Assembly: GCA_963825055.1 (NCBI GenBank)
Contig: CAWGSK010000012.1
Span: 96,001-160,000 of the forward strand
Source: an uncultured Gemmatimonadales bacterium
Lineage (GTDB): Bacteria; Gemmatimonadota; Gemmatimonadetes; Gemmatimonadales; GWC2-71-9
Length of the DNA: 64,000 nucleotides
Direction of reading: 5' to 3'
Part shown: in pieces, positions 19,491-29,651 of the stretch
Layout of the letters: every line of letters begins with the position of its first letter
Numbering within the stretch: the stretch's first letter is position 1
Made by a program: the position numbers and the translations under genes
The notes under the pieces: model-generated
Database searches by the model: none
Seen by the model: only the letters and a program-made list of their open reading frames with translations
Told to the model about the DNA's origin: nothing

Positions 19491-19777
19491 CCGTCCCGAG
19501 GGTGAACGACCGGGCAAGCGCCACCCCTGGCCGGGGCCGGGTGACGCTGCGATCAACCTCTCGAAGCGGCAAGTTCCAAGCCCGACCTTGGACACCGGGA
19601 CAAACCACAGAAAGTCAATGAGTTGGCGGCGCCCCGGGACGGGCCCGGGCGCCCGATGCCATCGCAGCCCGCCGGGGAGGCGGCGGCCCGCTATGCCGTT
19701 CCTTGCAGTGGTATTGACCCCCCTCTATGTTCCGCCCCGAGCCACTTCCGACCCTTACTCCGGGACACCGGCACGGC

Positions 19778-21112
19778 ATGACCGATACCAAGCGCATGGA
19801 GAAGCTCGTGTCGCTCGCCAAGCGACGCGGATTCGTCTTCCAGTCCTCCGAGATCTACGGCGGGCTCGGTTCGGTCTGGGACTACGGCCCTCTCGGCGTC
19901 GAACTCAAGCGGAACGTGAAAGAGCGCTGGTGGCAGGCGATGGTCCATGCCCGTGATGACATCGAAGGCCTCGATGCCGCCATCCTGATGCACCCGAAGG
20001 TCTGGGAGGCCTCCGGGCACGTCTCCGGCTTCACCGACCCTCTGGTGGACTGCCGCCAGTGCAAGAACCGTTTCCGTGCGGACAACCCCCGGATCAAGGG
20101 CACCCCGGGCGAGCCCGATGCGCAATGCCCCGTCTGCGGCAGCCGGGGCACGCTGACCGCGCCCCGGCTCTTCAACCTGATGTTCAAGACCTTCATGGGG
20201 CCGGTGGAGGAGGACGCCGCGGTGGTGTACCTGCGGCCGGAGACGGCGCAGGGCATCTACGTGAATTACCTGAACGTGCTGCAGGCCAGCCGCCAGCGCG
20301 TGCCGTTCGGGATCGCGCAGATCGGGAAGGCGTTCCGCAACGAGATCACGCCCGGGAACTTCATCTTCCGCACCCGCGAATTCGAGCAGATGGAGATGCA
20401 GTTCTTCGTCAAGCCCGGCGAAGACATGGCGTGGTTCGAGCGCTGGCGGGAATGGCGCATGGCGTGGCACCACGGCCTCGGCCTGTCGCCCGAACGCCTC
20501 CGCTGGCACGAGCACGGCCCCGACGAACTCGCCCACTACGCCCGCGCGGCCTACGATATCGAATATGAGTTTCCCTTCGGCTGGAACGAGATCGAAGGCA
20601 TTCACAACCGGGGGGACTTCGACCTCTCCCGCCACCAGGAGCACTCCGGGAAGAAGCTGGAGTACTTCGACCAGGCGGCCAACGAGCGGTATCTCCCGTT
20701 CGTCGTGGAGACCTCGGCGGGTGCGGATCGCGTCACCCTCACCGTGCTGGTGGATGCGTATCGCGAGGAGGAAGTGGCGGGCGAGACCCGCGTGGTCATG
20801 GGCTTCCATCCCGTCCTGGCCCCCATCAAGGCCGGCGTCTTCCCCCTGGTAAAGAAAGACGGCATGCCCGAGCGGGCCGACCGGGTCTACCAGGCCCTCC
20901 GCCGCCGGATGCCCGTGTTCTACGACGACAGCGGCGCCATCGGCCGCCGATACCGGCGGATGGACGAGGCCGGCACCCCGTTTTGCATCACTATCGACGG
21001 TGACACCCTCGCCGGCGGCGAGGTCACCGTGCGCGAGCGCGACTCGATGGCCCAGGTCCGGGTCAGCGAGGACGCGCTGGCGGCCTACCTGCAGGAGCGG
21101 CTCGCCGACTGA
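19778..21112 (+). CDS. glyQS: Glycine--tRNA ligase, homodimeric type
   Basis: SSEIYGG..DYGPLG, YLRPETAQG, FRNEITPGNFIFRTREFEQME, IGRRYRR. Confidence 0.95.
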   Translation: MTDTKRMEKLVSLAKRRGFVFQSSEIYGGLGSVWDYGPLGVELKRNVKERWWQAMVHARDDIEGLDAAILMHPKVWEASGHVSGFTDPLVDCRQCKNRFRADNPRIKGTPGEPDAQCPVCGSRGTLTAPRLFNLMFKTFMGPVEEDAAVVYLRPETAQGIYVNYLNVLQASRQRVPFGIAQIGKAFRNEITPGNFIFRTREFEQMEMQFFVKPGEDMAWFERWREWRMAWHHGLGLSPERLRWHEHGPDELAHYARAAYDIEYEFPFGWNEIEGIHNRGDFDLSRHQEHSGKKLEYFDQAANERYLPFVVETSAGADRVTLTVLVDAYREEEVAGETRVVMGFHPVLAPIKAGVFPLVKKDGMPERADRVYQALRRRMPVFYDDSGAIGRRYRRMDEAGTPFCITIDGDTLAGGEVTVRERDSMAQVRVSEDALAAYLQERLAD

Positions 21113-21147
21113 CACCGCCGGCGGGCGCCCTGCATCCGGGACACCAC

Positions 21148-22446
21148 ATGTCACGCCAGAAACCCAAGAGTACGCGCATCGGCCGACGGGAACTCCACCC
21201 GGAAAGCCTGATGATGAGCTACGGCTTCGATCCGCGGCTTTCCGAAGGCGCCCTCAAGTGCCCCATCTTCCAGACCTCCACGTTCGTCTTCGAGTCGGCT
21301 GAAGCCGGGAAGGCATTCTTCGAGGTCGCCTATGGCCTGCGCGACGCCGCCCCCGACGAGCAGCCGGGCCTCATCTACAGCCGCCTCAACAACCCGGACC
21401 TGGAGGTGCTGGAGGACCGGCTCTCCCTCTGGGACCGCGCGGAGGGGTGCGCGGTGTTCGAGAGCGGGATGGCGGCCATCACCACCAGCCTCCTCTCCTT
21501 CATCCGGCCCGGCGATGTGGTGCTTCACAGCGAGCCGGTATACGGCGGAAGCGACCACTTCATCAATCATGTCCTGCCGCGCTTCGGGGTGACACCCGTG
21601 GGCTTCCAGGCAGGCCAGCCCCTCGCGGCCCTGGAGCCGGGCCTGCTCTCCGCGATTGACCGGCGCCCGGTCGCTGCCATCCTGGTGGAGACACCGGCCA
21701 ACCCGACCAACGACCTGGTCGACATCGCCGGCGTGGCGGCGTTCCGGGACCGGCTCGCTGTCGGCGACCGTGTCCCGGTCCTGATGGTGGACAACACGTT
21801 TCTCGGCCCGCTCTGGCAAAGCCCGCTGGCCCACGGCGCCGACCTGGTGATCTACTCCGCCACCAAGTTCATCGGGGGCCACAGCGACGTGATCGCCGGC
21901 GCCGTCCTCGGCCGGCACGAAGTGCTCCAGCCGGTGCGGGTGATGCGCACCTTCATGGGCACCATGGCCGGGCCCTGGACCGGCTGGCTTCTGCTCCGGA
22001 GCCTCGAGACGCTGAAGATGCGGATGACCGCGGCCATGAAGAACGCGCGCTACGTCGCCGACTTCCTGGGCGACCATCCGCTGGTCGAGCGCGTGCACTA
22101 CCTGGGCAACCTCACGGAGGAGCATCCGATGTACGAGGTCTACCGCCGCCAGTGCCGGGCACCCGGGTCATTGATCTCGTTCGAGGTTCGGGGCGGCCAG
22201 CCCGCCGCCTTCCGGCTGCTGAACGCCCTCCAGATGGTGAAGCTGGCCGTGAGCCTGGGGGGGACCGAGTCCCTCGCGGAACACCCGGCCTCGATGACCC
22301 ACGCGGACGTTCCCCCGGAGGACCAGGCGCGGATGGGGATTTCCGCCGGCATGGTGCGCCTCTCGGTGGGCGTCGAGCATTTCGATGACATCATCCTCGA
22401 CCTGGCCCAGGCCCTCGATGCGGCCGGGGGCACGGGCACCGGCTGA
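21148..22446 (+). CDS. PLP-dependent Cys/Met metabolism enzyme (cystathionine gamma-synthase / methionine gamma-lyase family)
   Basis: YSRLNNP, SGMAAI, ETPANP, DNTF, SATKFIGGHSD, SLGGTESL. Confidence 0.9.
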   Translation: MSRQKPKSTRIGRRELHPESLMMSYGFDPRLSEGALKCPIFQTSTFVFESAEAGKAFFEVAYGLRDAAPDEQPGLIYSRLNNPDLEVLEDRLSLWDRAEGCAVFESGMAAITTSLLSFIRPGDVVLHSEPVYGGSDHFINHVLPRFGVTPVGFQAGQPLAALEPGLLSAIDRRPVAAILVETPANPTNDLVDIAGVAAFRDRLAVGDRVPVLMVDNTFLGPLWQSPLAHGADLVIYSATKFIGGHSDVIAGAVLGRHEVLQPVRVMRTFMGTMAGPWTGWLLLRSLETLKMRMTAAMKNARYVADFLGDHPLVERVHYLGNLTEEHPMYEVYRRQCRAPGSLISFEVRGGQPAAFRLLNALQMVKLAVSLGGTESLAEHPASMTHADVPPEDQARMGISAGMVRLSVGVEHFDDIILDLAQALDAAGGTGTG

Positions 22447-22454
22447 GCCGCCCC

Positions 22455-23165
22455 ATGCGCCTCCGCGACTTCGACCGGATGGTCCAGACGATGGTCCGGG
22501 AGATTCCCGGCGAGTTCCTGAGGGACGTCAGCGAGGTCACGGTCTCGCCTGCATCCCGGCCGCATCCATCCCGGGAAGGCGTCTACACGCTGGGAGAATG
22601 CGAGACCATCGCGGTGGGCAATGTCGCCGTGGAGGGTGCGGGCGGGGAGATGCCCGCCCGCATCATTCTTTACCACGGCAGCTTCGAGGCGCTGGCGCGC
22701 GGCCGTGGCCACTTCGACTGGGAAGCGGAAGCGTGGGAAACACTGACCCACGAGATCCGGCACCACCTCGAATGGAATGCGGGTGAGGCCGGGCTCGAGG
22801 AATTCGACATGGCCGCGGAGGAGAACTTTGCGCGCCATGACGGCGAGGGAAGGGACCCCGCCTTCTTCCTGGGTGGCGAGCCGGTCGGGGAGGGCGCATG
22901 GCGCATCGACGACGACGTCTTCCTCGACCACGTGGTGCGCCGGGTTCCCCGGTCGGCCAGGTTCCACTGGGCTGGCGCCACGTGGACGATGCCCCTTCCG
23001 GAGGGGACGAGGCTGCCCGCCTGGGTATCGGTCCAGGGTATGGATGATCCCCCGCCGGGCGAGCTGGTGCTGGTCTTCCGGCGGCGTCCCGGGTGGCGCG
23101 ATCTGCTTTTTCCCCCCTCGATCACGCGGCTGACAGGCAAGGCCCGCCGGGTTGAAGGTCCGTAA
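22455..23165 (+). CDS. Zincin-like metallopeptidase family protein
   Basis: HEIRH (HExxH) in a TLGE..IILY..TLTHEIRHH context. Confidence 0.7.
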   Translation: MRLRDFDRMVQTMVREIPGEFLRDVSEVTVSPASRPHPSREGVYTLGECETIAVGNVAVEGAGGEMPARIILYHGSFEALARGRGHFDWEAEAWETLTHEIRHHLEWNAGEAGLEEFDMAAEENFARHDGEGRDPAFFLGGEPVGEGAWRIDDDVFLDHVVRRVPRSARFHWAGATWTMPLPEGTRLPAWVSVQGMDDPPPGELVLVFRRRPGWRDLLFPPSITRLTGKARRVEGP

Positions 23166-23245
23166 GAGACTGGGGCTGGCAGTCGCGGTATATTTCGTCG
23201 CAACCCCGGCCCTGTATGACCGGGTTCCCGTTGAGGAGAGAGTTC

Positions 23246-23518
23246 ATGAAGGTCCAGGAATGCCGCACCACCATGTCCGGGGATGAGGTCCTGTCCCGCG
23301 TCAAGTCCTTCTTCGCCGAACGGGTCCCGCATATGGCGGCCTTCCCCGAGCGCGAGGGGCCGACGTGGCTCACCCTCCGCGGACAGGGAGGGGAAGAGGT
23401 CGCCCTGTCGGTCCATCCGGGGGAGGGCGAGACGGTAGTCCGCGCCAGTTCGCTGCTCTTCGGCCAGCAGATCTCGCGGTTCTTTTCTACCCTGCCGTCG
23501 CCTGCGGGGGTCGCATGA
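23246..23518 (+). CDS. Small hypothetical protein
   Basis: GAGGAG SD before ATG 23246; stop overlaps the next start (ATGA). Confidence 0.7.
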   Translation: MKVQECRTTMSGDEVLSRVKSFFAERVPHMAAFPEREGPTWLTLRGQGGEEVALSVHPGEGETVVRASSLLFGQQISRFFSTLPSPAGVA

Positions 23519-23775
23519 GCGGCACGCTTCCCCTTCGCGTCATGGTGCAGGATGCCTGGGAAGAGGTCGACCTCGAGGTGCCGGATACCACCACGGTGCA
23601 GGACTTGAAGCGGCAGGCCCTCGCCGGAGTCCGGATCCTGCGCGACCCCTCGCAGTACGTGGTCAAGTACCGCGGGGCCCAGCTGATCGAGGAGGATCGC
23701 ACTCTTGCCCAGCACCAGCTGGTGCCGAACGCGAATCTCATCGTGCTGGGGCGCTGGCGCCGTCCCGTTCGCTAG
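23515..23775 (+). CDS. Ubiquitin-like (YukD/EsaB-like beta-grasp) protein
   Basis: 86 aa; LEV..TTVQDLK..Y.VKYRG..L.E.RTL...L..NANLIV matches the ubiquitin-fold pattern. Confidence 0.65.
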   Translation: MSGTLPLRVMVQDAWEEVDLEVPDTTTVQDLKRQALAGVRILRDPSQYVVKYRGAQLIEEDRTLAQHQLVPNANLIVLGRWRRPVR

Positions 23776-23780
23776 AACCT

Positions 23781-24041
23781 GTGGCCGCGCCCTCCACCTT
23801 CAGCCGGGCGTTTACCGCCGTAGCTGCCGCCTTCCTCGCGCTCGATGGCCTGCTGCTGCTCGCCGCCGGTATCTGGACCGGGCGGCCGTGGCTCCTGGTC
23901 TGGGGCAGCCTCTGCCTGCTGGCCGTCGGAGGGGTGGCCCTGGGCTGGCGCCGCTACCGGCGCATGCTCGATGAACTCGACGCCCACCGTGCCGCCCTGC
24001 GCCGGGACATCAAGGATCTCCGCAATTCCCTCCGGCAGTGA
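23781..24041 (+). CDS. Small two-TM membrane protein with coiled-coil tail
   Basis: Two hydrophobic segments; stop overlaps the next GTG. Confidence 0.6.
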   Translation: MAAPSTFSRAFTAVAAAFLALDGLLLLAAGIWTGRPWLLVWGSLCLLAVGGVALGWRRYRRMLDELDAHRAALRRDIKDLRNSLRQ

Positions 24042-24925
24042 CCGCCGTCTATACTCACCCCGCCTGTCTCCGGCACGACCCCGGCCCCTTTGAAGTTCCC
24101 GAGCGTCTCGCAGTGCTCCTGTCCGGGCTCCGCGACCATCCCCGACACACGGTAAGCCACGCCGCCCCCGCGCCGCTGGCGATGCTGGCCGAGGTGCACA
24201 CCGCCGGGCATCTCGATCTGCTGCGGGACACCGCGACCGCCGGTGGTGGCGCGGTTGGTCCGGAGGCGGTGCTTTCCCCGGAGAGCTGGGAGGCCGTGCT
24301 CGGCGCCGCGGGTTCCATGGCCTCGGCCATCGACCACGCCCTCGCGGGGCGTGGGCATGCCTTCGCCGCCGTTCGCCCCCCGGGGCATCACGCCCTCCGC
24401 GATCGTGCGATGGGGTTCTGCCTCGTCAACAACGCGGTAGCCGGCGCCCTGCACGCCCGTCGGCGCGGGGCGGCACGGACGCTCATTGTCGACTGGGATG
24501 TGCACCATGGAAACGGCACCCAGGCCCTGGTGGAGCGGGACCCCTCCGTCCGGTTTGTTTCCATGCACCAGTATCCGTGGTATCCGGGAACGGGTGCGGC
24601 GGGAGAGCACGGGGTGGGTAACGTTTTCAACGTCCCGGCGCCCCCGTCGCTTCCTCCTGAACGCTACGTGGCCATGCTCGAGGCGGCATTCAGGCGCGCG
24701 GTGGATGGCTGGCGGCCCGATCTCATACTCGTCTCCGCCGGTTACGACTGCCTCCTCGGCGATCCGCTGGGCGGTTTCACGCTCGAGCCGGTGCACCTGG
24801 GGGGCTGGATCACCTTCTTCAGGGAGCAATTGCCCGACGTCCCCATCGCGGGTGTCCTGGAGGGGGGATACATCCCGTCCCGGCTCGCCGATGGCGTGCT
24901 GGCGACGCTCGATGCACTGGACTGA
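24038..24925 (+). CDS. Histone deacetylase / acetoin utilization family deacetylase
   Basis: RPPGHHA, GFC, DWDVHHGNGTQ, SAGYD, LEGGY. Confidence 0.93.
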   Translation: MTAVYTHPACLRHDPGPFEVPERLAVLLSGLRDHPRHTVSHAAPAPLAMLAEVHTAGHLDLLRDTATAGGGAVGPEAVLSPESWEAVLGAAGSMASAIDHALAGRGHAFAAVRPPGHHALRDRAMGFCLVNNAVAGALHARRRGAARTLIVDWDVHHGNGTQALVERDPSVRFVSMHQYPWYPGTGAAGEHGVGNVFNVPAPPSLPPERYVAMLEAAFRRAVDGWRPDLILVSAGYDCLLGDPLGGFTLEPVHLGGWITFFREQLPDVPIAGVLEGGYIPSRLADGVLATLDALD

Positions 24926-24980
24926 CGCCTCCTGCCCGTTCCGCTAGATTTCCCCTTCACCATCCCCGAGGAGACCGTCC

Positions 24981-26006
24981 GTGGCCGCACCCCTGCACCT
25001 CTCCGCCGAGGTCCTGTCCCTTACCACGCGCCATCCGTTCATCATTGCGCGCGGGGGGCGCAGCGAGTTTCAGACCGTTCGCGTCACACTGACCGACGCC
25101 GACGGCATGGAGGGGTGGGGGGAGGCCGCGCCACAGAAATACTATGGCGAGACGGTGGAAACCGTGCTGGCGTCCCTGGACGTCTACGCCACCGTCATGC
25201 CGGAGGAGCCCTTCGCCATCGAAGCAGCCGAGCGCCGATGGGATCTCGCCCTGCGCGGCAACGCCTCGGCGCGGGTCGCGCTGTCCGCCGCTCTCCATGA
25301 CCTCTGCGGAAAGAAGCTCGGTGTCCCGGTTTACCGGCTGTGGGGACTGGACCCGGCGGATGCGCCGCTCTCGACGTTCACCATCGGGATCGACACGGCG
25401 GAGCGGATCCGGGCCAAGGTCGCGGAAGCCTCCGAGTATCCGGTCCTCAAGATCAAGCTCGGGACCGACCGAGATATCGAGATCCTGGAAACCATACGTG
25501 ACGCAACCAGCCAGGAGCTCCGGGTGGACGCCAACGCCGGCTGGACCGTGCGGCAGGCGATCCGGATGCTTCCCGTCCTTGAGGAGTACGGCGTCACCGT
25601 GCTGGAGCAGCCTCTTCCCGCCAGCGATATCGGCGGGCTCGCCGAGATCCGGCGTCATGCGCGCATTCCGCTCATCGCGGACGAGAGCTGCCGCACGCTC
25701 GCGGACATCCCGCCGCTGGTGGGCGCCGTGGACGGGATCAACATCAAGCTGGCCAAGTGCGGCAGCCTCCGCGAGGCGCTGCGGATGATCGCGACCGCGC
25801 GCGCCCATCACATGACGGTGATGGTCGGCTGCATGATCGAGAGTTCCATCGGCATCACTGCTGCCGCCCACCTGACCCCCCTGGTCGATATCGTGGACCT
25901 CGACGGCGCGGCACTGCTCGCGAAGGACCCGTACGCAGGCGCCACCATCGCGGGCGGGCAGGTCCGGCTCCCGGACGGTCCGGGCCTGGGCGTTACGGCG
26001 CGATGA
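24981..26006 (+). CDS. L-Ala-D/L-Glu dipeptide epimerase (enolase superfamily)
   Basis: KIKLG, VDANAGW, EQP, ADES, NIKLAK, GCMIES, DLD. Confidence 0.9.
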   Translation: MAAPLHLSAEVLSLTTRHPFIIARGGRSEFQTVRVTLTDADGMEGWGEAAPQKYYGETVETVLASLDVYATVMPEEPFAIEAAERRWDLALRGNASARVALSAALHDLCGKKLGVPVYRLWGLDPADAPLSTFTIGIDTAERIRAKVAEASEYPVLKIKLGTDRDIEILETIRDATSQELRVDANAGWTVRQAIRMLPVLEEYGVTVLEQPLPASDIGGLAEIRRHARIPLIADESCRTLADIPPLVGAVDGINIKLAKCGSLREALRMIATARAHHMTVMVGCMIESSIGITAAAHLTPLVDIVDLDGAALLAKDPYAGATIAGGQVRLPDGPGLGVTAR

Positions 26007-28420
26007 GCGCCGGTTTCGGCCGGGTGGCACTGCCGCTGCCCCTGGCCGAGCCCTATACCTACCGGGTCCCGCCCGGGCTCGCCGATCGCATTGTCCCTGG
26101 TGCGCGCGTGATTGTCCCGGTCCGCCGCCAGGAGATGGTCGGCATCGTGGTCGGCCTCGATCCCGGGGCCCCCGACCGCGAAGTCCGCGACATTCTCGCT
26201 GCCCCCGACCCCGAGCCCGCGCTTCCCCCTGCGCTCCTGGAGACTGCCGAATGGATGGCGGGCTACTACGGGGCTCCGCTCGGCCTGGCACTCCGCGCCA
26301 TGCTCCCCGCCGCCCTCTGGGGGCGGTCCCACGTGCGGGTGTACCTGGAACGCCCGGGCGCGGCGCCCGGCGGATTCTCGGCCGAGATTGTCCGGTGGCT
26401 TGAGCGGAAGGGCGGGGAGGCCACCTCGACTGCCATCGCGCGGGCGCTCCGGAAACCGGTCTGGGACGCCCTGGCGCGACTCGACCGCGTGGGGGCGGTC
26501 CGTCTCGAGGTCACGGGGGTGGACGCCGGGGCGCCCGGCGTGACCGAGCGCGTGCTGGCGCTGGTCGAACCGCGACCGTCCCTGGCCGAGCGGGAAGAAC
26601 TGTTCCGGCGCACGCGATCGCAGCGGCGCCTGTTCGAGACCCTGGAGGATCTCGGGGGCGGTGCACCCGTTCGCCACCTCCGTGACCAGCTCGGCTTTTC
26701 TGACCATCCTGTCCGGGCGCTCGTCGGCCGGGGGCTGGCTCGTCTCGAGGATGTCGAGCGCATTCGCGATCCTTTTGCGGACCTGCCCGGCAGCCCTCCC
26801 CCCGGCGCTCCCTCGCCCGCGCAACAGGAGGCGCTCACTTCGCTCGCGGCGGTGCCGCCGGGCGAGGCTGCGCTCCTGTTCGGCGTGACGGGGAGCGGCA
26901 AGACGTTTGTCTATCTGGAGGCGATCCGGGCCGCGCTGGCCCGGGGTCGTGGCGCCATCCTGCTGGTGCCGGAGATCAGCCTCACGCCACAGATCGTCGC
27001 CCGGGTTCGCGGCGCCTTCGGGGACGAGGTGGCGGTACTGCACAGCGGCCTGTCGGATGGCGAGCGCGCCGATGCGTGGCGCGTGCTGCGGCGGGGCGAG
27101 CGACGGGTCGCGGTTGGAGCGCGTTCCGCGATCTTCGCCCCCGTCCAGGACCTCGGCGTCATCGTGATCGACGAGGAGCACGAGGCCGGATACAAGAACG
27201 GGGAGACGCCGCGCTATCATGCGCGGGAGGTGGCCGGTGTGCGCGCCAGCCTGGAACACGCTTCCCTGATCCTGGGGAGCGCCACCCCATCGGCGGAAAC
27301 GATGGCGCGAGTGGATACCGGGGTGCCGGCCATTCGCCTCCCCGACCGGATCGGCGCCCGCCCGATGCCGGAAGTGGAGCTGGTGGACCTCCGTCACGCC
27401 GAACGGGTGGAGGGGACCCGCGCCGTGCCCTGGACTCGATCCCTGGACGAGGCCGTGACCACAACGCTCGCGCGCGGGGAGCAGGCACTCCTCCTGCTCA
27501 ACCGGCGCGGCTTCGCGACCTACCTCCAGTGCGAGGCTTGTGGTGAGGTCCGGGAATGTCCGCACTGCAGTATCTCGCTCACGGTGCATGACAGCCCTGC
27601 ACTCCTGCGTTGCCACTACTGCGGGTACACCGAGCGGATCCCGGATGCCTGCCTGGCGTGCGGCCATGCCGTGCAGCGGCACCGTGGCGTAGGCACACAG
27701 CAACTCGAGCGGGTGCTTGCCGAGCGATTCCCGTCGGCCCGACTCGCGCGGATGGACCTGGACACGACCAGCACGCGATGGTCGCACCACCGGATCCTGT
27801 CAGCGGTGGAACGGGGTGAGGTCGACCTGCTGCTCGGAACGCAGATGATTGCCAAGGGGCTCGATTTTCCGAACGTGACACTCGTGGGGGTCGTGGACGC
27901 CGATACGGGGCTTCACCTGCCCGATTTCCGGAGCGCGGAGCGTACCTTCCAGCTGCTGGCGCAGGTTGCCGGGCGCACCGGGCGCGGACCGAAGGGCGGA
28001 CGGGTGCTGATCCAGACCCGTACGCCGGGGCACCATGCCCTCCGCTGGGCGGCGCAGCATGATGTCGAGCGGTTCCTCGAGGACGAACTGGCCAGCCGGC
28101 GGGAGCCGCCATATCCGCCGTATCTCTCGCTCGTCAACGTCCTTGTGTCGGGCGTGGATGAGGGCGATGTCGGACGGGAGGCCGCGGAGGTCGCCGACTG
28201 GTTCCACGCGCTGGTGGCGGCGCGGGAACTGCCGGTGCAGGTTCTCGGTCCGGCCCCGTGCCCGATTGCCCGGATCAAGACCCGCTGGCGCTGGCACGTC
28301 CTGCTCAAGGGACCCTCCGAGGAGCTGGGCCGCGTCGTGCGGTACGCGGCATCACGAATCACGAAAGCGGGCCGGGACGTGCGGGTCGTTCTCGACCGCG
28401 ACCCGGTCTCGCTTCTCTAG
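26003..28420 (+). CDS. priA: Primosomal protein N' (replication restart helicase)
   Basis: GVTGSGKT, DEEH, four CxxC zinc motifs, GTQMIAKGLDFP. Confidence 0.96.
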   Translation: MSAGFGRVALPLPLAEPYTYRVPPGLADRIVPGARVIVPVRRQEMVGIVVGLDPGAPDREVRDILAAPDPEPALPPALLETAEWMAGYYGAPLGLALRAMLPAALWGRSHVRVYLERPGAAPGGFSAEIVRWLERKGGEATSTAIARALRKPVWDALARLDRVGAVRLEVTGVDAGAPGVTERVLALVEPRPSLAEREELFRRTRSQRRLFETLEDLGGGAPVRHLRDQLGFSDHPVRALVGRGLARLEDVERIRDPFADLPGSPPPGAPSPAQQEALTSLAAVPPGEAALLFGVTGSGKTFVYLEAIRAALARGRGAILLVPEISLTPQIVARVRGAFGDEVAVLHSGLSDGERADAWRVLRRGERRVAVGARSAIFAPVQDLGVIVIDEEHEAGYKNGETPRYHAREVAGVRASLEHASLILGSATPSAETMARVDTGVPAIRLPDRIGARPMPEVELVDLRHAERVEGTRAVPWTRSLDEAVTTTLARGEQALLLLNRRGFATYLQCEACGEVRECPHCSISLTVHDSPALLRCHYCGYTERIPDACLACGHAVQRHRGVGTQQLERVLAERFPSARLARMDLDTTSTRWSHHRILSAVERGEVDLLLGTQMIAKGLDFPNVTLVGVVDADTGLHLPDFRSAERTFQLLAQVAGRTGRGPKGGRVLIQTRTPGHHALRWAAQHDVERFLEDELASRREPPYPPYLSLVNVLVSGVDEGDVGREAAEVADWFHALVAARELPVQVLGPAPCPIARIKTRWRWHVLLKGPSEELGRVVRYAASRITKAGRDVRVVLDRDPVSLL

Positions 28421-28431
28421 CGGAAGGCGTC

Positions 28432-29412
28432 ATGGCGACTGGCAGGGACGAGCTCCTGGAGCAGGCGCGCGCGGCGCGGCAGCGCACCTCGGACCGCCTG
28501 CGGCATACCCCGCTCGAAGCGAGCCCGGGGCTCAGCGAACACTGCGGCGTCCCGGTCTATCTCAAGCTGGAGAACCTGCAGGTGACCGGGGCGTTCAAGG
28601 CCAGGGGCCCACTCAACCTCCTGCTGCGCCTGCCGCCGGGCGAGCGCGGGCGCGGGAGTCGTAGCGCCGACCGCAGGAAACCATGGACTCGGCCTGGCGT
28701 GGGCCGCCGCTCAGGTGGGAACGACGGCGCACATCTTCCTGCCGCGGAGCGCGGATCCCGACAAGGTACGCCGCCTGCGCGAGCTCGGGGCACGGCTCAC
28801 GTTCTGCGACGACTACGAAGCCGCGCACCATGCCGCCGTCGCGGCGGCTGCTTCCACGGGCGCCCGGTACGTATCCCCCTACAACGATCCCGACGTGATC
28901 GCCGCGGACGGCGTGGTCGGGCTCGAGATCCATGACGACCTGCCGGAGGTCCGCTGCGTCATTTCCTGCCTGGGCGGTGGCGGTCTTGTCGTCGGGCATC
29001 GCCGCCGTCCTCAAGGCGCTGGATCCAGCCATCGTGGTGAAGGCGGTAGAAGCGTCGGCGAGCCCGACGTTCTCGACCTGGCGCCGGGAGGGTGCGCCGT
29101 GCCACGTGGAACTCGGTCCGACCATCGCGGAAGGGCTTGGGGGGTACGTGGAGCCGGACAGCGCTGACATGGCCCCTCATCGCGCGGGATGTGGATGAGG
29201 TCCTGGCCGTTTCCGACGGGGAACTGGTCTCCGCCATGCGCTGGCTCGCGGAGCGGCACCGGCTGATTGTCGAGCCCTCCGGCGCGGCCGCGGTGGCGGC
29301 CCTCCTCCGGGCCCCCTCGCCGGCGGCCGGCCCCACCGTCGCGACGGTCACCGGTGGCAATGTCGGCTGGCCCCGTTTCCTGGGCCTGGTTGCCTCTGAC
29401 GCAGTATCGTAG
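28432..29412 (+). pseudogene. Threonine/serine dehydratase family (PLP) gene split by three +1 frameshifts
   Basis: KLENLQVTGAFK.RG, AGNHG, GGGGL, TIAEGL and EPSGAA lie in successive frames; true pseudogene or sequencing error. Confidence 0.8.
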
Positions 29413-29582
29413 ATCGCTATCGGGACCCGCAAACCGCCATTCATAAAGCCTTTACGTGTCGGCCCTCATGATCGGCAATGCCACCCCGGTAGCAACGGTT
29501 CGATCCAGCCTGTAACACCACGATACAGCGTTTGCCGGGGTAACCGGCCGTTCTCCATAGGGGAGAGGCGGGAGGCGTCATC

Positions 29583-29598
29583 TGGCCTCTGGCTTGCA
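29583..29598 (+). promoter_or_regulatory. Putative sigma54 (-24/-12) promoter of the cytochrome operon
   Basis: TGGC-N7-TTGCA with exact spacing, about 54 nt upstream of ATG 29652. Confidence 0.6.
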
Positions 29599-29651
29599 CG
29601 TTTCGGGGCCGGATATCCGCTCCTCAACTGTGAATCTCCCCTGGAGCCTCC

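Noticed and set aside
19513..19530. Possible sigma54 promoter for the pilin operon (GG-N10-GC on the minus strand)
   Set aside because: The -24 element reads AGGG rather than TGGC; too weak in GC-rich DNA.
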